64,000 nt of DNA from Caldilineaceae bacterium. Its GTDB lineage: Bacteria > Chloroflexota > Anaerolineae > Caldilineales > Caldilineaceae. The position numbers and the translations under genes were made by a program. Every line of letters starts with the position of its first letter. The first letter of the stretch is position 1. Below the pieces are notes generated by a model that made no database searches, was not told the DNA's origin, and was given only the letters and a program-made list of their open reading frames with translations. Shown in pieces: positions 20,714 to 29,623 of this stretch. The DNA is taken from NCBI GenBank assembly GCA_965116185.1, contig OZ220492.1:675662-739661 (forward strand). Direction: 5' to 3'.

Positions 20714-22313
20714 TTACGCTTCAAACTGACTGAAAGCGTGAGCCATCTGCTGTCTATCGCCTGGTAAGTGCAGGGGCGGTGGTACTGTCTCGTTCTTGAA
20801 CTTCTGCGGCCGTTGCAGGCAGAGCTTGGCGAAATCGCATTGCCCACACTTGGTGGCATGGGGACGCATGGGGAAATCAGCGTTTAGTATGCCTTGGACA
20901 GCCCATTCCACATTGCCGCGAGCAGTTTTCAGAGCATCCGGGGTAATAGGTACCACAATCCGACGTCCGTCTTTCAGGAAATGTACGTTACCGGTTTTGG
21001 CGTTCTGATCCAGCACCTGTTCCGCCGCTGTGGCGTACAGCTGGACCTGCAATGCTAGAGAGGTCCAATTCAGATCCGTGTTGTCATCGACTGACGGTCC
21101 CCCTTCCATTGTCTTGAAATCAATGACTTCCGCATCAAGGATGGTACCCTGCTCGTTCTCCCGCAACAGCAGATCAATAGAGCCCGTAATCGTACAGTCT
21201 TGAGCCGGAATTTGAAAGGTGGCTTCTACTTGGCGTTCACGTATGAAGTCCGCACCAAACTCCTGGGCATAGTCCTGGATGATTGCCACCGCCTGTGTGC
21301 GGGCCCTTTCAAAGGGTCCTGGATGCTGGTCTGGATCCTGACTGGCCGAGACATGTTTCAGGTAAAATGTGTCTGCTATCACCTGTGCTACCTGTTCCGG
21401 GTTGGGTGTGCTGTCCAGATAGCGTTGGTGGAGTTGCTGGATGAGACTGGCCGTACCCGGACATTTTCTTGCGGACAGGCCCGAAACCATACTGTTCGCG
21501 GAACTGGTAGTTCCGTGGACACTGCAGATAATGCTGGATTTCGGAGAAACTGGTCGGGTAGTCGGTTTCCTCGATTCGCCGGCGGGCTTCGGCTGTAGGC
21601 AAATCGGACAGCTGTTCATTCTCGCCACCGCCGGATGCTCCGCTAGCCAGTTAGCATAGTCAGAGAGTTTGCGCTTTCTTTTCCCGCCCGGTAGTTTGAT
21701 ACTCCCGCTGACGTAGAGATAGCGTTCCGCCCGAGTCACGGCAGTATAGAACAGGCGTGCTTCCCCATTAGCCTCCGTTTGATATGCGCCGCGCTCAAGT
21801 GCGGATGCCATGATCGTTTGAGGTACCCAACCCTTGTAATCAGACTTCCTACGCGGAAAACTTTGGCCTTCCACGTCTACTACAAACACACAGGGGAACT
21901 CAAGGCCTTTCAGCCATGGACCGTGGACACTGTGCTGTGACCACATCTGGCCTTGGCCCAGGATCGTCGGTAGCTGTATCGTACCTCTTGGTCCCGTGTT
22001 GCAGGAAGTTGAGCACGGAAGCAAAGCCTTGCTGTGAATCAATACGCGTGTACACGGTGGCCACATCCTGCAACATACGACTGAAAAGACCAATATCTCG
22101 CATCATGTCGTCCGCCCGCTTTCCCCAATCCGTAGTGGCCAGGTTGTAGGCATCCAGCAAGTCATACAGTAGCTCTTGGAGATAGAGAGGTTTGGGGGAA
22201 CTGCTCTGCGGACGGTGAATACGGTGCCCCCATTGAGATAGAATCCAGACCGAGGCATCAAAGTCAGCGCAGGAGTAAGCAGGTAGTACCATCTCCTTAA
22301 AAAATAGCTCCAC
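20714..22313 (-). pseudogene. SF1 (UvrD-like) helicase C-terminal region fused to a Cas4/AddB-type PD-(D/E)XK nuclease with a CX2CX5C cluster. It has no motor domain 1A and at least 3 frameshifts.
   Basis: Motif V KGLEFPCVFVV and motif VI RLFYTAVTRAERYLYVSG. The nuclease start TSFSEIQHYLQCPRNYQFREQYGF is readable only in an alternative frame (track ORF 21309..21602). Also GSIDLLL, VIDFKT and KCGQCDFAKLC. Frame breaks lie near 21921-21944, 21610-21660 and 21437-21452. Confidence 0.75.
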
Positions 22314-22343
22314 TTGATTGTGGTGCGGGTTGTCTTTGCATAT

Positions 22344-23108
22344 CTATTCGTCAGGTTCATGCCCGCGTCCATTCCGCATGCACGGTACAGGCTGTGAGCT
22401 GGATGCTGCGGACCGTGATCTTGGCATCGGACCATCCAGGGCCACGCGTGCTACGGTCCAGCCTTCCACCTGACAGTCAATCAGTGGGGCATCGCTACGA
22501 AAGGTGTCTAGGGCTGCGGTCTGGACAGAGACGAACAGTGCCGAGGGAATTTCCAGTAGCTGGTAGCGCTGCGGACATCTCTGGGCATCCCGGAAGGCGC
22601 ACAACATCACGATCGCGTCCACCGCTTGCTGATACTCCTGAAAGAGCTGACAGGTCTGCTGGCGGCGGTCCGCGGCCGTGCGCGTATCCTGGATCCACGC
22701 GGCTTCCGTCAGTTTGGAAATATGGACGTGGGTAGGTGACAATTTCTGCGCGGCCGTTGATTTCAGGGACAGCCGGCGGTAGTTGCCGGGGTGTGTCTGC
22801 ACGGTGAGATCCACAAAGCGCTGGGTGGCACTTCCCGGTGGCTCCAGGGCCCAGCCGACCGACACACAGGCATCCCGGAAGGCAGTCTCAAAGAGTTTCA
22901 GTCTTAAAGGTTCCTCGGTCAAGGCATGATGGGCCGAGAGTGCCGGACCAAAATACTCGATCCAGTCGGGTTCGCGGGTCAACCAGGTGTCAGCTTGACA
23001 GATAGCAGTTGATGGTGGCTGCGCCAAGGCTTCCACCACGCGGGCAACAAAGCGGACCTGGACGGGCGACATGCGCTCCAGCTGGGCCTTGAGCTGTGCA
23101 AGTGTCAC
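22344..23108 (-). CDS. orphan 254-aa protein; candidate restriction-endonuclease partner of the adjacent methyltransferase (weak PD-(D/E)XK-like E...D...SxK pattern)
   Basis: The GTG start overlaps the MTase stop (GTGA at 23108-23105). FETAFRD...RFVDLTV...LSLKST is a possible catalytic pattern. The C-terminal 30 aa look like low-complexity read-on. Confidence 0.45.
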   Translation of the reverse strand: MTLAQLKAQLERMSPVQVRFVARVVEALAQPPSTAICQADTWLTREPDWIEYFGPALSAHHALTEEPLRLKLFETAFRDACVSVGWALEPPGSATQRFVDLTVQTHPGNYRRLSLKSTAAQKLSPTHVHISKLTEAAWIQDTRTAADRRQQTCQLFQEYQQAVDAIVMLCAFRDAQRCPQRYQLLEIPSALFVSVQTAALDTFRSDAPLIDCQVEGWTVARVALDGPMPRSRSAASSSQPVPCMRNGRGHEPDE

Positions 23109-23987
23109 AGGTCACGCATCCTATGCGCAATCAGATCTACAAAAGCCGGCTTAAGTTCAATGCCTACCCAAGGACATCCCCGTTCCGCGGCCGCCAGCAG
23201 TGTGGTACCGGATCCGGCATAGGGATCGAGTACCACGCCACCGGGACGACCGGTAATCGCTACACAGCGACGTGCCAGGGCCAACGGCATCGCGGCAGGA
23301 TGCCGCGTCGGGACCCCGTTGCGGTTCCGTGGGAATGTCCCAAACCGTGCGCAGGCGGCGGCCATTCGGTCCCTGGACCGCCTGTATGTTATAGAAGTAG
23401 TCCTGTTGCCGAGAGAGCAGAAAAAGCGTTTCGTGGGCTTTGGTCGGGCGATCCCGGACGGACTCCGGATGAGCATTGGGTTTGTGCCAGATTACTTCGG
23501 AGCGCAGCCACCAGCCCGCTGTCTGCAGGGCAAAGGCGAGGCGCCAGGGTACTCCAATCAGATCCTTTGGTTTCAGACCGTCTGGGGTAGGCGGACGTAC
23601 GGGCATGGCGCGTGCGCCATTCTTGCGGTCGGGCGCACGGTAACGCCGGTTGCCCGATGTGTAGGAGTCCCCCACGTTCAGCCAGACCGTGCCATCCGGA
23701 CGCAGGACACGCTGTAGTTTCGTGAACACCGCGATGATGGCGGCCACATAGTCAGGTAGGCCATCGTTGCGTCCAATCTGATCGGTCACTCCATAATCGC
23801 GCAGTGACCAGTAGGGCGGTGACGTAATCACGGTCTGCACGGATGCATCCGGCAGCAGGTCCAGGGCCTGACCGGCATCGCCACCGATGAGTAGAGAAGA
23901 GGACAGGGTACGGAACGGGGCTTGGTGTGGTGGAACCTGGAACCGCTGAAAGGAAATTGTACGGTCAACGGCGGCAGCCACACTCAT
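23105..23987 (-). pseudogene. beta-class (motif IV before motif I) N4-cytosine/N6-adenine DNA methyltransferase, frameshifted near 23300-23325
   Basis: VITSPPYWSLRDYG (motif IV) lies in ORF 23157..23987. HPAAMPLALARRCVAITGRPGGVVLDPYAGSGTTLLAA (motif I) lies in overlapping ORF 23105..23476. The junction ...RTVWDIPTEPQRG / HPAAMP needs a 1-nt correction in a cggggtccc stretch. Confidence 0.8.
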
Positions 23988-24823
23988 ATATCAATCTCTC
24001 TTGTCGCTGGTGGTCTGTGCGTGTCCTGACGGGGTGCAGGCCTGCGAGGATCCAGTATGGCTTCAATGCGCGCCTGCAGGCGGTCCCGCAGATCCGCGGG
24101 GTCTTTCCAGATCGGGTGGTTGAAATGGCTGGTATCAAAATGGACATCCTTAATACAATTCTCACGGCAGGTGAAAATCACATCTAAATTCAGATCCTGG
24201 GCGAATCCCGCCTCGTAGTAGACACCACCCCGTGCACCATCGGCGCCACAGGTGAAGTCGGCCACCACAAAACGTGACTGGCGGATCGCCGCGATGATCT
24301 AATCATCTATCTTGCCCAGGAAATGGTACTGGTCCACCCGGTAGGGATCGTAGCCCGCGGCTTCAATCGCCGGTTTGAAGCCCTCGGTGTAAACCTTATC
24401 CATACAGGGATCAAACCACATGGCCACAAAGCCTCGGCGGCCTTGGCCCACAATACGGTCCCGTGCTTCTACGTACATACGAGCGGACGGGCTTACGGAT
24501 TGGAGGTGCCACCCGGAGTGAAATACACTAACTTTGGCCCACCCTTGGTCTTGCACATACGCCCAGAATTCGCCAAACTCTCCATCTCGGTAACAACCAC
24601 TGGCGGCCCAGAGCCAGCCTCGACTCTCACCGATCCCAGCAGACTCTTGGTCATCCACCAGAATCAGTTTACGTAGGAACGACAGGCTCCGATCCTCAGT
24701 AGGGGGTATCCGGTCCCTGTGATTTTCCACCCAAGACTGGTCTAGTACGAGTTCTCCCCCAGGCACGGTTTTGATTGCACCGCTGACGACGGGAGTACAA
24801 AGCTGTCTGTGTATATACGGCAA
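23984..24823 (-). pseudogene. two-domain protein: unknown about 125-aa N-domain plus a nucleoside 2-deoxyribosyltransferase/TIR-like C-domain, interrupted by an in-frame TAG at 24299-24301
   Basis: ...RRGFVAMWFDPCMDKVYTEGFKPAIEAAGYDPYRVDQYHFLGKIDD*IIAAIRQSRFVVADFTCGADGARGGVYYEAGFAQDLNLDVIF... The two track ORFs (24299..24823 and 23984..24268) are in the same frame. The stop overlaps the MTase start (ATGA). Confidence 0.7.
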
Positions 24824-24858
24824 AACGGCACAGCCGCCTGCACCTTGCAGGTATTCTT

Positions 24859-27339
24859 TCAGGTTCGGTCAAGCTCCTGGTCGGACCAGAGTAGTGTGAC
24901 TGCATCCACTGAGCTGTCGGGGGGTAGGTCGGCTAAGACACGGCCCTGGGCACTGCGGCTCAATTCCGGAATGTGAGACCAATCCAGCACTAGGGTGCTA
25001 CGTCCCGCACTCACAGCGATCTTGGCGGTGTCCTGCTGGGCGTCCGCCGTCAGCACACCGGCAACCTGGCCCGTTCGACTGTTCAGTTTGTGACTGTTTA
25101 GACCACTGCCTACGCGCCCCTGCAGAGTAAACTCATCGATCGGCGTACGCTTGGCGAATCCATTGCAGGTAACGGAGAGTACGGAATAGGTCGGCTGTGT
25201 CAGGGAAGCGGCAACCAGACTGTCCTGGGTTCCGATCTTCATGCTCAGCACCCCTTGTGCACCCAGACTCAAAGGCCGTACCTCCGTTTCCCGGAAACGA
25301 ATGGCCTTGCCCTGGGTGGTGAAGAGCATTACTTCATGTGTACCCTGGGAGAGTAGTACCCAGTTGAGGCGATCCCCTTTCTGCAAACCGATTACTTTCA
25401 ATTCCTCACCGGGTGCTTCTAGCAAGTGTTGCACCGCGATGCGCTTGATACGGCCCAAAGTTGTGACCAGACAAAGGTATTCCTGGTGGGTGGGATGTGC
25501 GTCACGGGGCAAGGAAATGGCAGCCACGATGGTGTCACGGCGCGTGAAGCCGGTCAGGTCCGCGACATGCTGGGGAGAACCCGACTGGGGAATCCGGTGG
25601 ATTGGTACGCGCCGACATTTACCCTCGGCACTGAAAAGATAGAGCATGTCACGGGTGTTGGCCACCATGGCGGACAGGCTACTGTGACGCCCAATGTCCC
25701 GGAAGCGTCCGCCACGCATACCCCGGTAGGCGTAGCGTTTGGCAGTACCACGGCGCCCCATGGCCACCCAGACAGTCTGATCCGGTTCCAGATCCTCTAG
25801 TGCCAGCGATTGGACGGACTGCTCCACAATACGGGTCCGGCGTGGATCAGCGAATTCCTGCCGGAGCTGGCTCAAATCCGAACGGATCTGGGCTCGGATC
25901 AAATCGTCGGATGCCAGCAACTGTTCCAGATGGCGGATCCGGCGCACCAGATCGCGGAATTCCTCTCTTAATTGTCGGATTTCAAGCGCTACCAGCTGAC
26001 GTAGAGGCATGGCGAGAATGGCCTGGGCCTGGACATCGGTGAATTGGAACTGGCGTTGCAGATTAGCCCGGGCCGTGTCAGGGCGACGGCTTTGCCGAAT
26101 GGTGCTAATGACCTCGTCTAACACGTCCAGGGCCTTGAGAAGACCTTCCACAACATGCAGTCGCGCTTGAGCTTGCAGAAGATTGTAGGCTGTGCACCGG
26201 CGCACAATATCGTGGCGGTGATCAATGAAGTGCAGCAATAGGTCCTTCAGATTGAGACGCTGCGGAGTGCCGTTGACCAGGGCGAGCATGGACAGGCTGA
26301 ACGTTTGCTGCATGGGGGTATAAGCAAATAGCTGGGCAATGACCTTGGGGAGCACTGCCGTACGGGAACACTCAATGCAGATCCGCATACCGGCTCGGTC
26401 ACTCTCATCCCGGATATCGGCAATACCTTCCAGGGTGCCCTGCCGGACTAGGTGGACAATCCGTTCAATTAGGTGCGTCTTGTTCGTGAGATAGGGAATT
26501 TGGGATACTACGATACGCTGGCGGCCCATACTCATGTCTTCGGTATGGATCTTGGCCTGTACTGTAAGGCGGCCCCGCCCACGGGCATAGGCATGGAGCA
26601 GGCTGTCCTCCGGTTCACTGCCCTTGGCCCTCTGCGTATGGCGATACAACAACCCGCCCGTGGGAAAATCAGGACCCTGGATAAAGCGCAATAGGTCCTG
26701 GACTGTGATTTGATCCCGCTCTGCATACCGGTCCAGCAGGTAATCCAGAGCGTCACAGATTTCGCCCAGGTTATGGGGGGGGATTTGGGTTGCCATGCCG
26801 ACCGCAATGCCATTGGCACCGTTGACCAGCAGATTGGGCAGTGCGGCGGGCAACCGAGCAGGTTCCTGCAAGGAAGCGTCAAAATTGACGACCCAGTCTA
26901 CCGTTTCCCGGTCCAGATCCTGCAGCATAAGGCGAGACAGGGCGGATAACCGCGCCTCGGTATAACGCATGGCGGCCGGATTGTCGCCATCAATGCTGCC
27001 GAGGTTGCCTTGACCGTCAATGAGTGGATAACGCAGGCTGAAGTCCTGGGCAAGCCGCACCATGGCGTCATAGACGGATTGATCGCTGTGGGGATGATAT
27101 TTCCCCAGTACTTCACCCACAATACGGGCACTTTTCCGGTAGGACGCAGTATGGTGTACCCGTAGATCGTGGTGCATGGCATACAGGATGCGGCGCTGCA
27201 CCGGCTTGAGCCCGTCACGTACGTCCGGCAACGCACGGCTGACAATTACACTCATGGCGTAATCGAGATACGCCACCTGCATTTCTTGGGCTAGTTCAAC
27301 AGTGTGCCGGGGCTGACTGTGACCGTTAGACGTGCTCAT
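24859..27339 (-). CDS. gyrA: DNA gyrase subunit A (type IIA topoisomerase A subunit)
   Basis: [27 protein letters not shown], active-site [10 protein letters not shown], 826 aa with a beta-pinwheel C-terminal domain. The GyrA-box is degenerate (YRGMRGGRF). Confidence 0.9.
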   Translation of the reverse strand: MSTSNGHSQPRHTVELAQEMQVAYLDYAMSVIVSRALPDVRDGLKPVQRRILYAMHHDLRVHHTASYRKSARIVGEVLGKYHPHSDQSVYDAMVRLAQDFSLRYPLIDGQGNLGSIDGDNPAAMRYTEARLSALSRLMLQDLDRETVDWVVNFDASLQEPARLPAALPNLLVNGANGIAVGMATQIPPHNLGEICDALDYLLDRYAERDQITVQDLLRFIQGPDFPTGGLLYRHTQRAKGSEPEDSLLHAYARGRGRLTVQAKIHTEDMSMGRQRIVVSQIPYLTNKTHLIERIVHLVRQGTLEGIADIRDESDRAGMRICIECSRTAVLPKVIAQLFAYTPMQQTFSLSMLALVNGTPQRLNLKDLLLHFIDHRHDIVRRCTAYNLLQAQARLHVVEGLLKALDVLDEVISTIRQSRRPDTARANLQRQFQFTDVQAQAILAMPLRQLVALEIRQLREEFRDLVRRIRHLEQLLASDDLIRAQIRSDLSQLRQEFADPRRTRIVEQSVQSLALEDLEPDQTVWVAMGRRGTAKRYAYRGMRGGRFRDIGRHSSLSAMVANTRDMLYLFSAEGKCRRVPIHRIPQSGSPQHVADLTGFTRRDTIVAAISLPRDAHPTHQEYLCLVTTLGRIKRIAVQHLLEAPGEELKVIGLQKGDRLNWVLLSQGTHEVMLFTTQGKAIRFRETEVRPLSLGAQGVLSMKIGTQDSLVAASLTQPTYSVLSVTCNGFAKRTPIDEFTLQGRVGSGLNSHKLNSRTGQVAGVLTADAQQDTAKIAVSAGRSTLVLDWSHIPELSRSAQGRVLADLPPDSSVDAVTLLWSDQELDRT

Positions 27340-29342
27340 GGGAGCACCGGGGGCGCTTGGCGCCGAAGGGTCACAATCTGATCCCTCAGGGCGGCGGCTT
27401 TCTCAAATTCCAATTGCTGGGCGGCCGCCTTCATCTCTTTTTCCAGTTCCCTGATCATGTCTGCCATCTGGTCTTCGTCCAGGTCCGCTAGGGAAACTGT
27501 GCTCGGTGCCTCCGTCTCATTGCGGTCAGGGGTTTGGGTCATGGTGGCCACCCGATCCGTGAGATCTCGGATCTCCTTGACAATGGTCGTGGGCTCAATA
27601 CCGTGTTCCGTGTTGTATTGTTCCTGCAGGTCTCGACGCCGGTTCGTTTCCTCTAGCGCCTGACGCATGGCATCCGTGACCCGGTCAGCATAGAGGATAG
27701 CCTTGCCCTCCACGTGCCGGGCAGCCCGTCCTATAGTCTGGATCAGGGCACTGGCACTACGCAGAAAGCCTTCCTTATCGGCATCCAGCACGGCGACCAA
27801 CGTTACTTCCGGCAGATCGAGACCTTCACGCAGCAGATTGATGCCCACTACCACGTCATAAACACCCATACGCAGATCGCGCAGGATGTCCAGACGCTCT
27901 AGGGTGTCAATTTCACTGTGCAGGTAGTGTACCCGAATATTCATTTCCGCCAGGTATTCCGCTAAATCTTCGGACATACGCTTAGTGAGTGTGGTGATGA
28001 GGGAACGCTGTCCCTGCCGGATGCGCGTCTGGACTTCATGGATCAGGTCCTCAATCTGACCACGGGTAGGTCTGACTTCAACCACTGGATCAAGCAGTCC
28101 CGTCGGTCGGATGAGCTGTTCCACAGTCTGCTGGGCATTGGCCAGTTCATAGGGACCGGGCGTGGCGCTGACATATATGACCTGATGAATGCGTTCAGTC
28201 GTTTCCTCAAACATCAAGGGTCGATTGTCCCGGGCACTAGGTAGACGAAACCCGAAATCGATCAAGGTTTGCTTGCGGGCAAGATCCCCCCGGTACATAC
28301 CGCGTAGCTGGGGGATGGTCATGTGGCTTTCATCCACGATCAGCAGCCAGGAGGCCGGGAAGTAGTCAAGCAGCGTCCAGGGAGGTGTGCCCTCATCGCG
28401 CTGGTCCAGGTGGCGGCTGTAGTTTTCAATACCATTGCAGTACCCCACCTCCCGCAGCATTTCCAAATCATACTGCGTACGCTGGCGTAGGCGCTGGGCT
28501 TCCAGCAGCTTGCCCGTGTCCTGCAATGTGGTTGCCTGCTGGTCTAGCTCGGTTTCAATACTGGTGAGGGACGCCGCTAGTTTTTCATCGGAGGTTACAA
28601 AGTGTTTGGCCGGATAGATGGAAACTTCGTCTAGATCGGTGTACTGTTCACCAGTCAGTAGATCAAAACGGCTGATCCGTTCAATTTCATCACCGAAGAA
28701 ACTGATGCGGTATCCGACATCCTCGTAGGCGGGATGAATTTCCAACACGTCGCCCCGTACGCGGAACCGGCCTCGATTCAGATCACTGTCGTTGCGTTCG
28801 TAATAGATGCTAACTAGGTGCCGGAGTACCCGCTGGCGCCGTATATGATCGCCGCACTTCAGAGTACAGACGGCATACCCATAGTCAGCCGGGTTGCCCA
28901 AGCCGTAGATGCAGGATACGGATGCTACGATCACCACGTCCCGACGAGCGAAAAGTGCACTGGTGGCGGCTAACCGAAGCCGTTCAATTTCATCGTTGAC
29001 CTGGGCCTCCTTTTCGATGTAGATATCCGAGCGGGGAATGTAGGCTTCCGGTTGATAGTAGTCGTAATAGCTGACAAAGTATTCAACGGCGTTATGGGGC
29101 AGAAATTCTTTGAGTTCACTGTATAGCTGGGCGGCGAGCGTCTTGTTATGGGCCACGACTAGTGTGGGCAACTGGACGCGCGCAATCACGTTGGCCATAG
29201 TGAACGTCTTACCGGAGCCGGTGACGCCTAGTAGTACCTGATGGGTAAGGTCTTGCTGTAGCCCTGTAGCCAGGGCCTCAATGGCTTCCGGCTGATCCCC
29301 GGTGGGCTTGAAGTCACTGACAATCTGGAATGCCTGGCTCAT
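27336..29342 (-). CDS. uvrB: excinuclease ABC subunit B
   Basis: [23 protein letters not shown] and the C-terminal UVR domain [13 protein letters not shown]. The stop overlaps the gyrA start (ATGA). Confidence 0.97.
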   Translation of the reverse strand: MSQAFQIVSDFKPTGDQPEAIEALATGLQQDLTHQVLLGVTGSGKTFTMANVIARVQLPTLVVAHNKTLAAQLYSELKEFLPHNAVEYFVSYYDYYQPEAYIPRSDIYIEKEAQVNDEIERLRLAATSALFARRDVVIVASVSCIYGLGNPADYGYAVCTLKCGDHIRRQRVLRHLVSIYYERNDSDLNRGRFRVRGDVLEIHPAYEDVGYRISFFGDEIERISRFDLLTGEQYTDLDEVSIYPAKHFVTSDEKLAASLTSIETELDQQATTLQDTGKLLEAQRLRQRTQYDLEMLREVGYCNGIENYSRHLDQRDEGTPPWTLLDYFPASWLLIVDESHMTIPQLRGMYRGDLARKQTLIDFGFRLPSARDNRPLMFEETTERIHQVIYVSATPGPYELANAQQTVEQLIRPTGLLDPVVEVRPTRGQIEDLIHEVQTRIRQGQRSLITTLTKRMSEDLAEYLAEMNIRVHYLHSEIDTLERLDILRDLRMGVYDVVVGINLLREGLDLPEVTLVAVLDADKEGFLRSASALIQTIGRAARHVEGKAILYADRVTDAMRQALEETNRRRDLQEQYNTEHGIEPTTIVKEIRDLTDRVATMTQTPDRNETEAPSTVSLADLDEDQMADMIRELEKEMKAAAQQLEFEKAAALRDQIVTLRRQAPPVLP

Positions 29343-29623
29343 AGCCTTTCCTTGACAAAAAAGTATTCATGTTCTCAATTATAACGTATAGACGCTCTAT
29401 GTGTTAGATCTGTGCCTGCCCGCGGTCCGGATTGCTATAGGCTGAAGATACGGGTGTCGTCTCCACCAAGATGGAGGTAAAGGCCGGACCGAACATGCCC
29501 CGGGCATGCGGGAGAGTCTATAATGGAGCTGTCATGCAAGCCTTCTTCCTATTGTGGTGCAGACCGGTACCTGCCCAACACGGGACTAGACAGGCTGACC
29601 TAGCCTGAAGATGGTGCTGAGCC

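Noticed and set aside
22103-22435. A 110-aa minus-strand ORF bridges the orphan gene and the helicase fragment. I considered it as the missing link between them.
   Set aside because: Its translation (MVRCQDHGPQHPAHSLYRACGMDAGMNL...) has no helicase or nuclease motif. It is a third frame across the junction.
29363-29376. GAGAACATGAATAC (minus strand) in the uvrB promoter region resembles a Cheo-type LexA box (GAAC-N4-GTTC).
   Set aside because: Only one half-site matches: the second is ATAC rather than GTTC. I cannot support it without knowing the lineage's LexA motif.
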